Notes: a model not told the origin generated them from the sequence alone. A stretch of 64,000 nt of DNA from an uncultured Candidatus Rokubacteria bacterium (GCA_963841755.1 CAWJDX010000025.1:67048-131047), one strand, 5' to 3'; positions 1 through 11,118 are shown, counted from the first letter of the stretch. Numbers and translations are program-made.

Positions 1-931
1 TGGCGGGCACGAAGGCCAGGCCTCGCGGCGCGTCGCCGTCGGTGAAGCGCGCCAGGCTGGTGCGCCCCCCGTCCGCGGTGAGGGCGAAGATCTCGGTGCC
101 CTGCCGGTCGGCCACGAAGAGCAGCCCGGCCGGGCCGGCCGCGAGGGCCTGCGCCATCGGGCCCTCGAGGACGAGGCGGGGCTCGCCGCGAGGGCTCACC
201 CGCCAGATCGCGCCGGGGCCTGCCTGCCACGGCGCCTCCGCGGCGCCGTCGCTGCCGACCCAGAGGTGATCCGATTCGTCCACCGCGAGCGCGCGGGGCC
301 GCGCCACCCGCACGTTGTCGAGCATCCGCCCGTCGCCGTCGAGGCGCAGCACGACGCCGCGGTCGCGGTCCGCGACGTAGATCTCGCCGGCCGCGCTCGC
401 CGCCGCGCCCTCCGGCTGGACCATCAGCGGCGCCCGCGCGGGCTCGGGCGGGGTGCCCCCGGCGAGGAAGCTGATCCGTCCGTCCGCTACGCGGTAGAGC
501 ACCCCCACCCGCCGATCGCGGTCGAAGGTGGTGACGAAGAGGTCGCGGCCCGCGCGGCCGGCGCTGACCTGGGCGTTGACCAGCGGCGGGCCGTGGAGGA
601 AGCGGGCCTCGGTCGCGGGCGTCAGGCGCGCCCCGCCCGGCGGGATGCGATAGAGCGAGGTGAGGTAGTCGAACTCGCCGCCGCTGTAGCGCCGGCCGGT
701 GCGCGCGAGGTAGAGGGCGCCGGTCGGGTCCACCGCGAGGGTGGAGGTCGACGGGATGCCGCGGCCGCGCGGCCCGCTGTCGCCGCCGAAGCCCTCGCCG
801 GTCACGTAGACGCGCGCGGTGAAGCCGGGCGGCAGCAGGATGTCGGCGGCGGCCGCGGCGGGGGAGAGCACTCCAGACAGGAGCGCCAGCCCCAGCCCGA
901 TGAGCTTCCGCGCCGTCCGCGTCGTGATCAT
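1..931 (-). CDS. secreted beta-propeller repeat protein (NHL/SGL-like); start inside window, 3' end runs off the left edge
   Basis: Own translation of the minus strand from ATG 931..929: MITTRTARKLIGLGLALLSGVLSPAAAAAD... (signal-peptide-like). It is stop-free with GC-rich third positions down to base 2. Recurrent strand motifs such as GEIYVADRDRGVVLRLDGDG and LLFVADRQGTEIFALTADG. It is absent from the ORF track, presumably because no stop lies inside the window. Confidence 0.6.
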   Translation of the reverse strand, partial: MITTRTARKLIGLGLALLSGVLSPAAAAADILLPPGFTARVYVTGEGFGGDSGPRGRGIPSTSTLAVDPTGALYLARTGRRYSGGEFDYLTSLYRIPPGGARLTPATEARFLHGPPLVNAQVSAGRAGRDLFVTTFDRDRRVGVLYRVADGRISFLAGGTPPEPARAPLMVQPEGAAASAAGEIYVADRDRGVVLRLDGDGRMLDNVRVARPRALAVDESDHLWVGSDGAAEAPWQAGPGAIWRVSPRGEPRLVLEGPMAQALAAGPAGLLFVADRQGTEIFALTADGGRTSLARFTDGDAPRGLAFVPA

Positions 932-983
932 CCGCCGAGATCATAGCCTCGGCGATCGGATGCGGCAACCGCGGGGGTCCGGA

Positions 984-1925
984 CTAGGGTGCGCGGTCCA
1001 CGATGAGGGCGGGCAGCGCCTCGAGCGGGAAGCCGGCGTCGATCCACGCCGTGAGCCCGCCGTGCAGCGGGTAGACCCAGCGGACCCCGCTCCGCTTGAG
1101 CTGGAGCGCCACCCGGGCGCTCGTGGCCTCGTTGGGTCAGGAGCAGTAGAGGACGACCTTCCGATCGAGGGGAATCTCGGCGCGGCGGCTCTCGATGACC
1201 TCGGCGGGGATCCAGAGGGCGCCGGGGATCTTGTGGGGGGCCGCGCCCACGTCGAGGGTCGAGCGGGTGTCGATCACGATCAGGTCGGGGTCGGCCGCGT
1301 CGAGGCGGCGCTTGAGCTCCGCCGGCTCGATCCGGGCCACCCGCAGGCTGCGCAGGAAGCGCCGGCGGCGGACGAACTTGACCACGACGTAGCCGGCGAG
1401 GGCCACCGCGCCGGCCGCGAGCCCCCAGTGGCCCACGCGCGCCCCCAGATCGAGCAGCGGGGCCAGCGCGTCGCTCGAGAGGTAGCCCAGGGTGATCCAC
1501 GTCCCGGCCCAGAGGAGGGCGCCCATGATGTCGAGCACGAGGAACGACGCCCGGCTGAGGCCGACGATGCCGGCCAGCGGCGGCGCGATGGTGCTGAGCC
1601 CGGGCAGGAACTTGGCGACGAGCAGGGCCCAGCGGCCGCGGGTCATGAACAGGTTCTCGGTGCGGCGGACGCACGAGTCCGGCTCGAGAGAGAGCCGACA
1701 GATGACGTCGAGGACCCGCTTGCCCCGTGCGCGCCCGAGCTCGTACCAGACGACGTCGGGGGGCAGGGAGGCGGCCAGCGCGGTGGCGAGGCCCGCGAGC
1801 GCGCTCATGCGGCCGGTGCCCGCGAAGGCCCCGACCCCCAGCAGCAGGGGGACCGCGGGGATCGGCAGGCCGATCTGCTCGGCGAGCACGAAGGCGAAGA
1901 GCATGAGGTAGCTGTCCATGGCCAC
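984..1925 (-). CDS. DedA-family membrane domain fused to a C-terminal rhodanese domain; candidate selenoprotein (in-frame UGA at 1139..1137)
   Basis: The ORF track entry 1137..1925 ends ...DRKVVLYCS. The TGA is followed in the same frame by PNEATSARVALQLKRSGVRWVYPLHGGLTAWIDAGFPLEALPALIVDRAP and then TAG (986..984). That stretch supplies the missing C-terminal half of the rhodanese fold. The N-terminal 190 aa are hydrophobic and DedA-like. Confidence 0.6.
1104..1122 (-). promoter_or_regulatory. SECIS-like stem-loop downstream of the rhodanese UGA
   Basis: Minus-strand RNA GAGCGCC-CGGGU-GGCGCUC forms a perfect 7-bp stem with a 5-nt loop containing GU. The stem starts 14 nt and the loop 22 nt after the UGA. 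Confidence 0.45.
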
Positions 1926-1933
1926 ATCCTAGC

Positions 1934-1961
1934 TTGACAGGGTCCCGGATCGCGCTATACG
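1934..1961 (+). promoter_or_regulatory. sigma70-like promoter candidate for the OsmC gene
   Basis: TTGACA (1934..1939), 16-nt spacer, TATACG (1956..1961). GGGAGGA lies 7 nt before the ATG at 1981. Confidence 0.35.
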
Positions 1962-1980
1962 GGAGCGGGAGGATCGCGAC

Positions 1981-2472
<492 letters not shown>

Positions 2473-2574
2473 ACGCTGTGTTCTCTCTTCAGCGCGGTGT
2501 GCTCGCAACGATGCGGTGCCCAGTTCACTCGCAACCCGGGCTCGCTCAGCGGGCGCCGGGCGGAGGAGGGTGTC

Positions 2575-4267
2575 ATGGAAGAAGAGCGCACCACGTTCGA
2601 GACCCTCGAAGCGGCCTTCGTCGAGGGACGGCTCACCCGGCGTGAGCTGCTTCGCCGCAGCGCCCTGATCGGGGCCAGCGCCGCCGCCGCGCACCTCCTC
2701 GGCTCGCTCGGGCTCGCCCGTCCGGCGCACGCGCAGGGGACCCCCAAGAAGGGCGGCACCCTCGTCATCGCCAAGGAGAGCGAGCTCGACATCCTCGACC
2801 CGCACAGCGCGGGCGGCTGGGTGACCTGGCGGGTCAGCAAGCAGATGCACGAGGGCCTGATCGACGAGGACCTCACCCAGGCCAACGTGCCCTACCCGAA
2901 GCTCGTCCCCAAGCTCGCGACCTCGTGGGACGTCTCCAAGGACTCGCTGACCTACACCTTCAAGCTCCGCAAGGGGGTCAAGTTCCACGACGGCACGAAC
3001 TTCGACGCGGCGGCGGTGAAGTACAACATCGACCGCTGCGCGGCCAAGGACTCGCCCCAGTTCTACGCGCGGGCCAACGCCTACACCACGTGGATCTGGC
3101 AGTTCCTCAAGGAGGTGAAGACCCCCGACGAGGGCACCGTGCAGATCGTCCTGCGCGAGCCCTACGGCGACTTCCTCCGCCAGCTCGTCCAGGGCGGCGG
3201 CGGCGCCGCGGTGTTCATCAGCCCCACCGCGCTCAAGAAGTACGGCAACGAGGGCATCGCCGAGCACCCGACCGGGACCGGGCCGTTCCGCTTCGTGGAG
3301 CGCGTGCGCGGCGAGAAGGTGGTCACCGAGCGCAACCCCAACTACTGGGGGACGCAGCCGTTCCTCGACCGGATCATCGACCGGCCGATGCCGGAGCCGG
3401 CCGCGCGCATGACCGCGCTGCAGGCCGGCGAGGTCGACATGATCTACGTGCCGCATCCCGACGGCATCGCGGAGCTCAAGACCAAGGGCTTCAAGCTCGA
3501 GCAGGGGCCGGCCCCCCACGTCTGGTACTTCGCGTTCAACCTCAAGGACAAGAACTACCAGGACGTGCGCGTGCGGCGGGCCATCAACATGGCCATCGAC
3601 CGCGAGGGCATGGCCAAGCAGCTCCTGAAGGGGACCGCGGTCGCCGCGCGCGGGCTGCAGGCGCCGTGCTGCCCGTCCTACGATCCGAACTTCAAGGACT
3701 ATCCCTACGACCCCGCGCAGGCCAAGAAGCTCCTCGCGGAGGCCGGCTTCCCGAACGGCTTCGAGACGGTGTGGCAGACGTCGGTCGACGGCAGCGGCCA
3801 GCTCATCCCGGTGCCGATGGCGGAGTGGATCCAGCGCGACCTCGCCAAGATCGGCATCCGGATGAAGCTGCGCACCTACGAGTGGATCACCTACATCGGC
3901 TACTGGATCAAGGGCATGGACGACGCCTCCAACAAGGTCGGCGGCCAGCAGATGAGCTGGGGGATGACGAGCGACTACTGGCTCGACATCGTCACCAACT
4001 CCTCGCACATCGCCCCCGCGGGCGGGGCGGGCCAGAACGGCGGCTACTACTCGGGCGCCGACGCGATGCTGAACGCGGCGCGCGGCGAGATGGACGAGAC
4101 CAAGCGCGCCGGCTCTCTACCGGAAGATCAACCAGAAGATCAAGGAAGACGCCCCCGCGGTGCCCATCATCAACGACCTCGCGCCGCTGATGCTGAGCCC
4201 CAAGGTGAGGGGCTTCGTCCACGCGCCGGAGGAGTGGTACGACATGACCACGGTCTGGCTCGCGTGA
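2575..4267 (+). CDS. ABC transporter substrate-binding protein, family 5 (peptide/nickel type), Tat signal; frame broken near 4110
   Basis: ATG 2575 is preceded by GGAGGAGGG. N-terminus MEEERTTFETLEAAFVEGRLTRRELLRRSALIGASAAAAHLLG. After ...DETKRA the listed frame turns into Pro/Arg/Gly-rich sequence unlike the family C-terminus. The +1 frame reads LYRKINQKIKEDAPAVPIINDLAPLMLSPKVRGFVHAPEEWYDMTTVWLA* (stop 4265..4267). Length is 1 mod 3. Confidence 0.85.
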
Positions 4268-4317
4268 GCCCTCGCGTCGGCCCGGGAGGCGCAGGCCTCC
4301 CGGGCTGACCTCTCGCC

Positions 4318-5271
4318 ATGCTCAAGTTCCTCGTCTACCGCGTCGCGACGATCGTGCCCGTCCTCTTCGGGGTGTCGGTCGTGGTGTTCCTGATGATGAA
4401 GCTGATCCCGGGCGATCCCGCGGAGGCGATCCTGGGCCCCGCGGCCACCACCGAGAAGATCGAGATGGTCCGGAAGTCGCTCGGGCTCGACCAGCCGTTC
4501 TACGTGCAGTACGTGCGCTGGCTGTGGAAGGTCCTCCAGGGCGACTTCGGCACCTCGATCGCGGTCAACGTGCCGGTGGCCCAGCTGGTGTGGCCGAAGT
4601 TCTGGAACACGGTGCTGCTCACCGCGGGCAGCCTGGTGATCTGCATCGTGATCGGCCTCGGGGTGGGCATCGTCTCCGGGACCCGCCAGTACTCGTGGTT
4701 CGACCGCATCAGCATGTCCCTGACCCTCATCGTCGCCAACACCCCCGCGTTCTGGCTGGGCCTCATCCTCATGGTGGTGCTGGCCCTCTATCTCGGCTGG
4801 TTCCCGGCCACCGGGATGTACTCGATGCGGGCCTCGCAGAAGACCTTCGGCGACCTGATCCACCACATGGTGCTGCCCGCGATCACCACCGCCTCGGTGT
4901 CGGCCGCGATCATCGCGCGGCTGGTCCGCTCGTCGTTTCTGGACGTCATCCGCAAGCACTACATCACCGCGCTGCGGGCCAAGGGGCTGTCCGAGCGCGA
5001 CATCATCCTGCGCCACGGGATGAAGAACGCGCTGCCGCCGATCATCAACATCGTGGGCCTCCAGGTCGGCTACCTGATGGGCGGGGCGCTGTTCACCGAG
5101 GTGGTCTTCTCGTGGCCGGGCATCGGGCTGCAGATCTACAGCTCGATCGTGGCCCGGGACCTGCCGGTGGTGCAGGCCGCGGTGCTGGTGACCACCTTCG
5201 TGTTCGTGCTGGTCAATCTCGGGACCGACGTCGTCGTCGCGGCCCTCGATCCCCGAATCCGTCGGGCCTGA
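4318..5271 (+). CDS. ABC transporter permease (DppB/OppB-like)
   Basis: Intact 317-aa ORF with multiple TM segments and family-typical N- and C-termini (MLKFLVYRVATIVPVLFGVS..., ...DPRIR). Confidence 0.9.
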   Translation: MLKFLVYRVATIVPVLFGVSVVVFLMMKLIPGDPAEAILGPAATTEKIEMVRKSLGLDQPFYVQYVRWLWKVLQGDFGTSIAVNVPVAQLVWPKFWNTVLLTAGSLVICIVIGLGVGIVSGTRQYSWFDRISMSLTLIVANTPAFWLGLILMVVLALYLGWFPATGMYSMRASQKTFGDLIHHMVLPAITTASVSAAIIARLVRSSFLDVIRKHYITALRAKGLSERDIILRHGMKNALPPIINIVGLQVGYLMGGALFTEVVFSWPGIGLQIYSSIVARDLPVVQAAVLVTTFVFVLVNLGTDVVVAALDPRIRRA

Positions 5272-5282
5272 GGAGGCGCGCG

Positions 5283-6215
5283 ATGAGCGTCGTGAATCTG
5301 CCCCTGAAGGACGAGCCGGTCGATGGGCGGGCGCTGCCGCTCGACGCGGCCGAGGCCCAGATGTTCCGCCGGCCGTCGGAGTGGCGGATCTTCTGGGAGG
5401 CCTTCAGCCGGGACCGCCTGGCGGTGGGCGCCGCGGCGCTGATCGGGCTCGTGTGCCTGATCTCGGCGCTGGCCCCGGTGCTGAGCCCCTACGACCCGAC
5501 GGTGGGCGACAACGCCCTGCGCCTGGCCCCCATCGGCACGCCGGGGCACCTGCTGGGCCTGGACGGGCAGGGGCGCGACATCCTGAGCCGGCTCATCTGG
5601 GGCGGCCAGGTCTCCATCATCATCGCGCTGCTGCCGGTGACGGTGGCGAGCCTCATCAGCGTGCTGCTGGGCCTGGTGGCGGGGTTCTTCGGGGGCAAGG
5701 TCGACATGGTGATCATGCGCACCCTCGACGTGTTCTTCGCCTTCCCGGCGGTGCTGCTGGCGGTGGCGATCGCGGGGGTGCTGGGCCCCGGCATGCTCAA
5801 CGTGATGCTCTCGCTCACCATCGTGCTGATCCCGTACATCTCGCGGGTCGCCTACATGGCCACCGTCACCGTGAAGAGCGAGCTGTTCGTGGACCAGGCG
5901 CGGGTGTCGGGGGCGCGGCCGAGCCAGATCCTCTTCCACCACATCCTGCCCAACACGCTCTCCCCGGTGATCGTCTACGGCAGCACCCTGGTGGGCATCC
6001 TGATCGTGCTCGGGGCCGGGCTCTCCTTCCTCGGGCTCGGCATCACCCCGCCCCGGCCGGACTGGGGCATCATGTGCTCGGACGGGCGCAACTTCCTCTC
6101 GGTGGCGCCCCACGTCTCGGCGGTGCCCGGGATCATGCTGATCCTGGTCGCCATGTCCTTCAACATCGTCGGGGACGGCCTGCGGGACGCGCTCGACCCG
6201 AAGCTCCGCAAGTGA
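5283..6215 (+). CDS. ABC transporter permease (DppC/OppC-like)
   Basis: ATG 5283 lies within long ORF 4524..6215. Sequence ...GHLLGLDGQGRDILSRLIWGG... and ...NIVGDGLRDALDPKLRK are typical of the family. Confidence 0.9.
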   Translation: MSVVNLPLKDEPVDGRALPLDAAEAQMFRRPSEWRIFWEAFSRDRLAVGAAALIGLVCLISALAPVLSPYDPTVGDNALRLAPIGTPGHLLGLDGQGRDILSRLIWGGQVSIIIALLPVTVASLISVLLGLVAGFFGGKVDMVIMRTLDVFFAFPAVLLAVAIAGVLGPGMLNVMLSLTIVLIPYISRVAYMATVTVKSELFVDQARVSGARPSQILFHHILPNTLSPVIVYGSTLVGILIVLGAGLSFLGLGITPPRPDWGIMCSDGRNFLSVAPHVSAVPGIMLILVAMSFNIVGDGLRDALDPKLRK

Positions 6216-6223
6216 GCCCCGCG

Positions 6224-7192
6224 ATGAGCGAGGCGCTCCTCGAGGTCGACGACCTCCACACCCACTTCCACCTCAAGAACAAGACGGTGCGGGCGGTGAA
6301 CGGGGTCTCGTTCGCGATCAAGCGCGGGGAGATCGTCGGGATCGCGGGGGAGTCGGGGGCGGGCAAGAGCGTGGCCTGTCTCTCCATCCTGCGACTCGTC
6401 CCGAGCCCGGGGCGGATCGAGCGCGGCCGGATCCTCTTCTCCGGCGAGGATCTGCTCACCAAGAGCGACCGGCAGATGCGGGATCTACGGGGCCAGACCG
6501 TCTCGATGGTGTTCGAGGACCCGCTGAACTCCCTGGACCCGGCCTACACGGTCGGCAGCCTGATCGGGGAGGCCCTGATCCTCCACAAGGGCCTGTCCAA
6601 GCGCGCGGCCCGGGCCAAGGCGGGGGATCTGCTGCGGCTGGTGGGCATCCCGGACCCGGAGCGGCGGCTCGACAACTACGCCCACGAGCTGTCGGGCGGC
6701 ATGCAGCAGCGGGTGATGATCGCGATCGCGCTCTCCTGCGACCCGGCGCTGCTGATCGCGGACAACCCGACCACCGCGCTCGACGTGACCATCCAGATCC
6801 AGATCCTCGACCTGGTGAAGCAGCTCCGCGACCGGCTCGGCATGGGGGTGCTGTGGATCACCCACGACCTCGGGGTGGTGGCCAAGCTCTGCGACCGGGT
6901 GGTGATCATGTACGCGGGCGAGGTCATGGAGCAGGGCCGGGTGTACGACGTGCTGAAGCACCCGCGTCATCCCTACACGCGCCGGCTCATCGACGCGCTG
7001 CCCAAGCTCGGGCGCCCCGACCAGCGGCTCATGCCGATCGAGGGGCGCCCGCCCGATCCCGCGAACCTGCCCGCCGGATGTCCCTTCGCGCCGCGCTGCC
7101 ACCGGGCGCGCCCGGAGTGCGAGGCGGGCGACGTGCCGCTCGTCGAGACCGGCGACGGGCACGCGGTTCGCTGCCTGTTCCCGGAGGAGTGA
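6224..7192 (+). CDS. ABC transporter ATP-binding protein (DppD/OppD-like) with Asn in place of the Walker-B catalytic Glu
   Basis: Walker A GESGAGKS, signature LSGGMQQR, Walker [14 protein letters not shown]-terminal oligopeptide-type CPFAPRC motif. ATG at 6224. Confidence 0.9.
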   Translation: MSEALLEVDDLHTHFHLKNKTVRAVNGVSFAIKRGEIVGIAGESGAGKSVACLSILRLVPSPGRIERGRILFSGEDLLTKSDRQMRDLRGQTVSMVFEDPLNSLDPAYTVGSLIGEALILHKGLSKRAARAKAGDLLRLVGIPDPERRLDNYAHELSGGMQQRVMIAIALSCDPALLIADNPTTALDVTIQIQILDLVKQLRDRLGMGVLWITHDLGVVAKLCDRVVIMYAGEVMEQGRVYDVLKHPRHPYTRRLIDALPKLGRPDQRLMPIEGRPPDPANLPAGCPFAPRCHRARPECEAGDVPLVETGDGHAVRCLFPEE

Positions 7193-7193
7193 G

Positions 7194-8270
7194 ATGACGA
7201 TCGCCGCGCCGCCCGAGGCGCCCAAGCTGCTGGAGGTCCCCATTCTGCTGGAGGTGAAGGATCTGGTGAAGCACTTCCCGGTGCGCCGGGGGCTCTGGGC
7301 GAGCGGCCCGCCCGCCGCGGTGCGCGCGGTCGACGGCATCAGCTTCGACATCCGGCGCGGCGAGACGGTCGGGCTGGTGGGCGAGTCCGGCTGCGGCAAG
7401 ACCACCACCGGGCGGATGATCATGAAGCTGATCGACCCGACCTCGGGGGAGATCCGCTTCGAGGGCAAGTCGATCGGGGGCATCCCGTTCGACGAGGAGC
7501 GCGCCTACCGCCGCCACGTGCAGATGGTCTTCCAGGATCCGTACTCGTCGCTGAACCCGCGGATGACGGTGGGCTCGATCATCGGCTACCCGATGCGGAT
7601 CCAGAACGCGTACCCCGGGGCCGCCCGCGACGCCCGCATCCGCGAGCTGCTGGAGCTGGTCGGCCTCTCGCGCTACCAGGCGAGCTGGTACCCGCACGAG
7701 TTCAGCGGGGGCGAGCGCCAGCGGGTGGGCATCGCGGCCGCCCTGGCGCTGAACCCCAAGTTCATCTTCTGCGACGAGCCGGTCTCCTCCCTCGACGTCT
7801 CGGCCCAGGCGCAGATCCTGAATCTGCTGAAGGACGTCCGCCGCGAGTTCAACCTCACCATCCTGATCGTGACCCACAACCTGAGCGTGGTGGAGTACCT
7901 GAGCGATCGGGTGGTGGTGATGTACCTCGGCAAGATCGTGGAGGTGGCCAGCACCGCCGATCTCTACCGCGAGACGCTCCACCCCTACAGCAAGGCCCTG
8001 GTCTCCGCGATCCCCACCCCGGACCCCGACGTGGAGCGCGAGCGGGAGCAGATCATCCTGAGAGGGGAGATCCCGAGCCCGCTCAATCCGCCCACCGGGT
8101 GCCGCTTCCACACCCGGTGCCAGGCCTACATCGGGGACGTCTGCCGAGACGTCGAGCCGGAGCTGCGCGAGGTGCGCCCCGGCCACTTCACCGCCTGTCA
8201 CCTCTACTCCGGGCTCACCGCGGCGCCGGCCGCGCCCGGGGCGTCCCGCGCCGCCGGCCAGCTCGTCTAG
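7194..8270 (+). CDS. ABC transporter ATP-binding protein (DppF/OppF-like)
   Basis: Walker A GESGCGKTT, signature FSGGERQR, Walker B FIFCDEPVSSLD. The ATG follows the preceding stop with a 1-nt gap. Confidence 0.9.
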   Translation: MTIAAPPEAPKLLEVPILLEVKDLVKHFPVRRGLWASGPPAAVRAVDGISFDIRRGETVGLVGESGCGKTTTGRMIMKLIDPTSGEIRFEGKSIGGIPFDEERAYRRHVQMVFQDPYSSLNPRMTVGSIIGYPMRIQNAYPGAARDARIRELLELVGLSRYQASWYPHEFSGGERQRVGIAAALALNPKFIFCDEPVSSLDVSAQAQILNLLKDVRREFNLTILIVTHNLSVVEYLSDRVVVMYLGKIVEVASTADLYRETLHPYSKALVSAIPTPDPDVEREREQIILRGEIPSPLNPPTGCRFHTRCQAYIGDVCRDVEPELREVRPGHFTACHLYSGLTAAPAAPGASRAAGQLV

Positions 8271-8289
8271 CGCCAAGGAGGACACCACC

Positions 8290-9805
8290 ATGCCCGTCTC
8301 GCTGCCCACCCCGGACCAGCTCAAGCGCATCGCCGAGAAGATGAACCTCTCGCTCACCGACGCCGACGTCGCGTCGTTCCTCGGCCTGATGAAGCCGAGC
8401 ATCGACGGCTACAACGTGGTCGACCAGCTCCCGGACAACCTGCCGCCGGTGAAGTACCCCCGCACCCCGGGCTACCGGCCCGGGCCGGAGGAGAACAAGC
8501 ACAACGCCTGGTACTACAAGTCGAAGATCGAGGGCGCGCCCCAGGGCAAGCTCAAGGGCAAGCGCGTCGTCGATCAAGGACAACGTGATGGTGGCCGGGG
8601 TGCCGATGATGAACGGGGCCTCGACCCTCGAGGGCTACACCCCGGAGATCGACGCCACCGTGGTGACCCGCATCCTGGACGCGGGCGGCACCATCCTCGG
8701 CAAGGCCCACTGCGAGTACTACTGCCTCTCCGGCGGCAGCCACACCAACGCGACCGGCCCGGTGCACAACCCTCACAAGATGGGCTACTCCGCGGGCGGC
8801 TCCTCGTCGGGCAGCGCGGTGCTGGTGGCGCTGGGCGAGGCCGACATGGCGATCGGCGGCGACCAGGGCGGCTCGATCCGCATGCCCGCCTCGTTCTGCG
8901 GCATCTACGGGATGAAGGCGACCCACGGGCTCGTGCCCTACACCGGCATCATGCCGATCGAGATCTACGTCGACCACACCGGCCCGATGACCGCCACCGT
9001 GGCAGACAACGCCCTGCTCCTCGAGGCGATCGCGGGACCGGACGGCTACGACCCGCGGCAGTTCGCGCCGAAGGTCCATCCCTACACCCAGCTTCTGGGC
9101 GGCGGGGCGAGCGGGCTCCGCATCGGGGTGGTGAAGGAGGGCTTCGGGCATCCGCAGTCGGAGGCGGTGGTCGACGCCAAGGTCCGTCAGGCGGCCGATC
9201 TCTTCAAGCGCCTCGGGGCCACCGTCACCGATATCTCGATCCCGGAGCATCTGCTCGCGGGCGCCTTGTGGCTGCCGATCGGGGTCGAGGGGCTCACCCA
9301 GACCATGATGTGGGGCGACGGCTACGGGGTCAGCCGGCAGGATCTCTACGTGACCAGCCTGATGGACCACCAGCGTGGCTGGCGCCAGCGGGCCAACGAG
9401 ATGTCCGAGACCACCAAGCTCTTCACGATGCTCGGCACCTACATCAACGAGCAGCACGGCAGCCGCTACTACGGCAAGGCGATGAACATCACCCGGCGCC
9501 TCACCGCCGCCTACGACGCGGCGCTGGCCGACTGCGACCTCCTGCTGATGCCGACCACGCCGATGAAGGCCCAGCCGATGCCGGGGCCGGGGGCGTCGCG
9601 GGAGGAGTACGTCGGGGGCGCGCTCAACATGATCACCAACACCGCGCCCTTCGACATCAGCCACCATCCGGCGATGGCGATCCCGTGCGGCATGGCCGAC
9701 GGGCTGCCGGTCAGCGTGATGCTGGCGGGCAAGCACTGGGACGAGCCGACGATCTACCGCGCGGCGCATGCCTTCGAGCAGGCCGGCGACTGGAAGGCGA
9801 TGTAA
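8290..9805 (+). CDS. amidase (amidase-signature family); frame broken near 8572
   Basis: AAGGAGG precedes ATG 8290. N-terminus MPVSLPTPDQLKRIAEKMNLSL... up to ...LKGKRVV, then the +1 frame reads IKDNVMVAGVPMMNGAS...GGSSSGSA...GGSIRMPA (ORF 8585..9805). Length is 1 mod 3. Confidence 0.85.
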
Positions 9806-9840
9806 ACAGGCCCTACACCCATCGCTCGGGAGGAGACACC

Positions 9841-11049
9841 ATGACTCGACGTGTGCTCGTGACGGCAATCGCCCTCATCGCCCTGGTGACCATGCTCGCC
9901 GGCCTGCCCGCCGGCCTGACCGCGCAGGGCAAGGTCGTGAAGATCGGCCTCTCGCTGCCGCTGACCGGGGCGGACGCCGACGGCGCGGACGCGATCCTGA
10001 AGGGCGCCCAGATGGCGATCGCCGAGATCAACGCCAAGGGCGGCGCGGCGGGCTACAAGCTCGAGGCGCTGGTCTTCGACAGCGCCACCCCCGCGGCGGG
10101 CCAGTACGATCCGGCCCAGGCGGCCACCAACTACAAGAAGTTCATCGCGGACGCCCTCGTGCTCGCCGCGGTCGGGCCCAACATGAGCGGGGAGGGCAAG
10201 GCGATCTCGCCGATCCTGTCCGAGGCCGACATGGCCACGATCACCCCCAGCTCCACCAACCCCGACATCACCGATCCCAAGTTCCAGTCCCAGTACCGGC
10301 CCAAGGGCAAGGCGGTGTACTTCCGCACCGTGACCACCGACGCCTACCAGGGCCCGAACATGGCCAACTACCTCTTCCACGCCCAGAAGGTGAAGACCGT
10401 CTTCGTCCTCGACGACGGCGGGGCCTTCGGGGTGGGCATCGCGGACAGCTTCCAGAAGCGGGCCACCGACCTCGGGGTGAAGATCCTCGGCCGCGACCGT
10501 CTCGATCCCAAGGAAGCCGACTACAAGACCATCCTCACCAAGATCAAGGGCCTGAACCCGGACGCGCTCTACTACGGCGGGGTCATGCAGGCCGCGGCCA
10601 AGCTCGCCACCCAGGGCTTCGAGGTGATGCCCCGCGTGATCAAGGCGGGCTCGGACGGGGTCTACGACCTCTCGTGGCCGAAGCAGTCGGGCAAGGAGTC
10701 GGTCGAGGGCTGGTTCTGCTCGCAGGCCTCCCCGGAGCTGGTGACCTCCCAGAAGCTCGAGGCGTGGGTGACCAAGTTCAAGAACGAGATGAAGCGCGAG
10801 CCCACCAACTACGCGATCACGTCCTACAACGCGGTGCTGGTCATCGCGGACGCGGTCGGGCGCGCCGCCTCCGGCAACAAGCCGGTCACCCGCAGCAGCC
10901 TGCGGGACGCGATCCAGGCCACCAAGATGTCCTCGATGCAGGGGCCGATCGCCTTCGACGCCAACGGCGACATCCTGACCCGGACCGTCTCGATCTACCA
11001 GTGGCGGGACGGCGAGATCAAGTACGTCGGCGTGGCGCCCGAGAAGTAG
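9841..11049 (+). CDS. branched-chain amino acid (Leu/Ile/Val-type) ABC transporter substrate-binding protein
   Basis: ATG 9841 after GGGAGGAG. Signal peptide MTRRVLVTAIALIALVTMLAGLPAGLTAQG, then KIGLSLPLTG... typical of family 1 periplasmic binding proteins. Confidence 0.85.
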   Translation: MTRRVLVTAIALIALVTMLAGLPAGLTAQGKVVKIGLSLPLTGADADGADAILKGAQMAIAEINAKGGAAGYKLEALVFDSATPAAGQYDPAQAATNYKKFIADALVLAAVGPNMSGEGKAISPILSEADMATITPSSTNPDITDPKFQSQYRPKGKAVYFRTVTTDAYQGPNMANYLFHAQKVKTVFVLDDGGAFGVGIADSFQKRATDLGVKILGRDRLDPKEADYKTILTKIKGLNPDALYYGGVMQAAAKLATQGFEVMPRVIKAGSDGVYDLSWPKQSGKESVEGWFCSQASPELVTSQKLEAWVTKFKNEMKREPTNYAITSYNAVLVIADAVGRAASGNKPVTRSSLRDAIQATKMSSMQGPIAFDANGDILTRTVSIYQWRDGEIKYVGVAPEK

Positions 11050-11070
11050 GCGGAAGCCCGCGGGAGAGAG

Positions 11071-11103
11071 CCCCGGGCCCGGCGCCCTCGCGCCGGCCCG
11101 GGG
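11071..11103 (+). promoter_or_regulatory. GC-rich hairpin just after the binding-protein gene (intra-operon attenuator/stabiliser candidate)
   Basis: CCCCGGGC(C)GGCGC-CCTC-GCGCCGGCCCGGGG: 14 bp with one bulge and a 4-nt loop. There is no T-tract, so it is not a classical terminator. Confidence 0.3.
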
Positions 11104-11118
11104 CGCCTCTCGCCCGAC

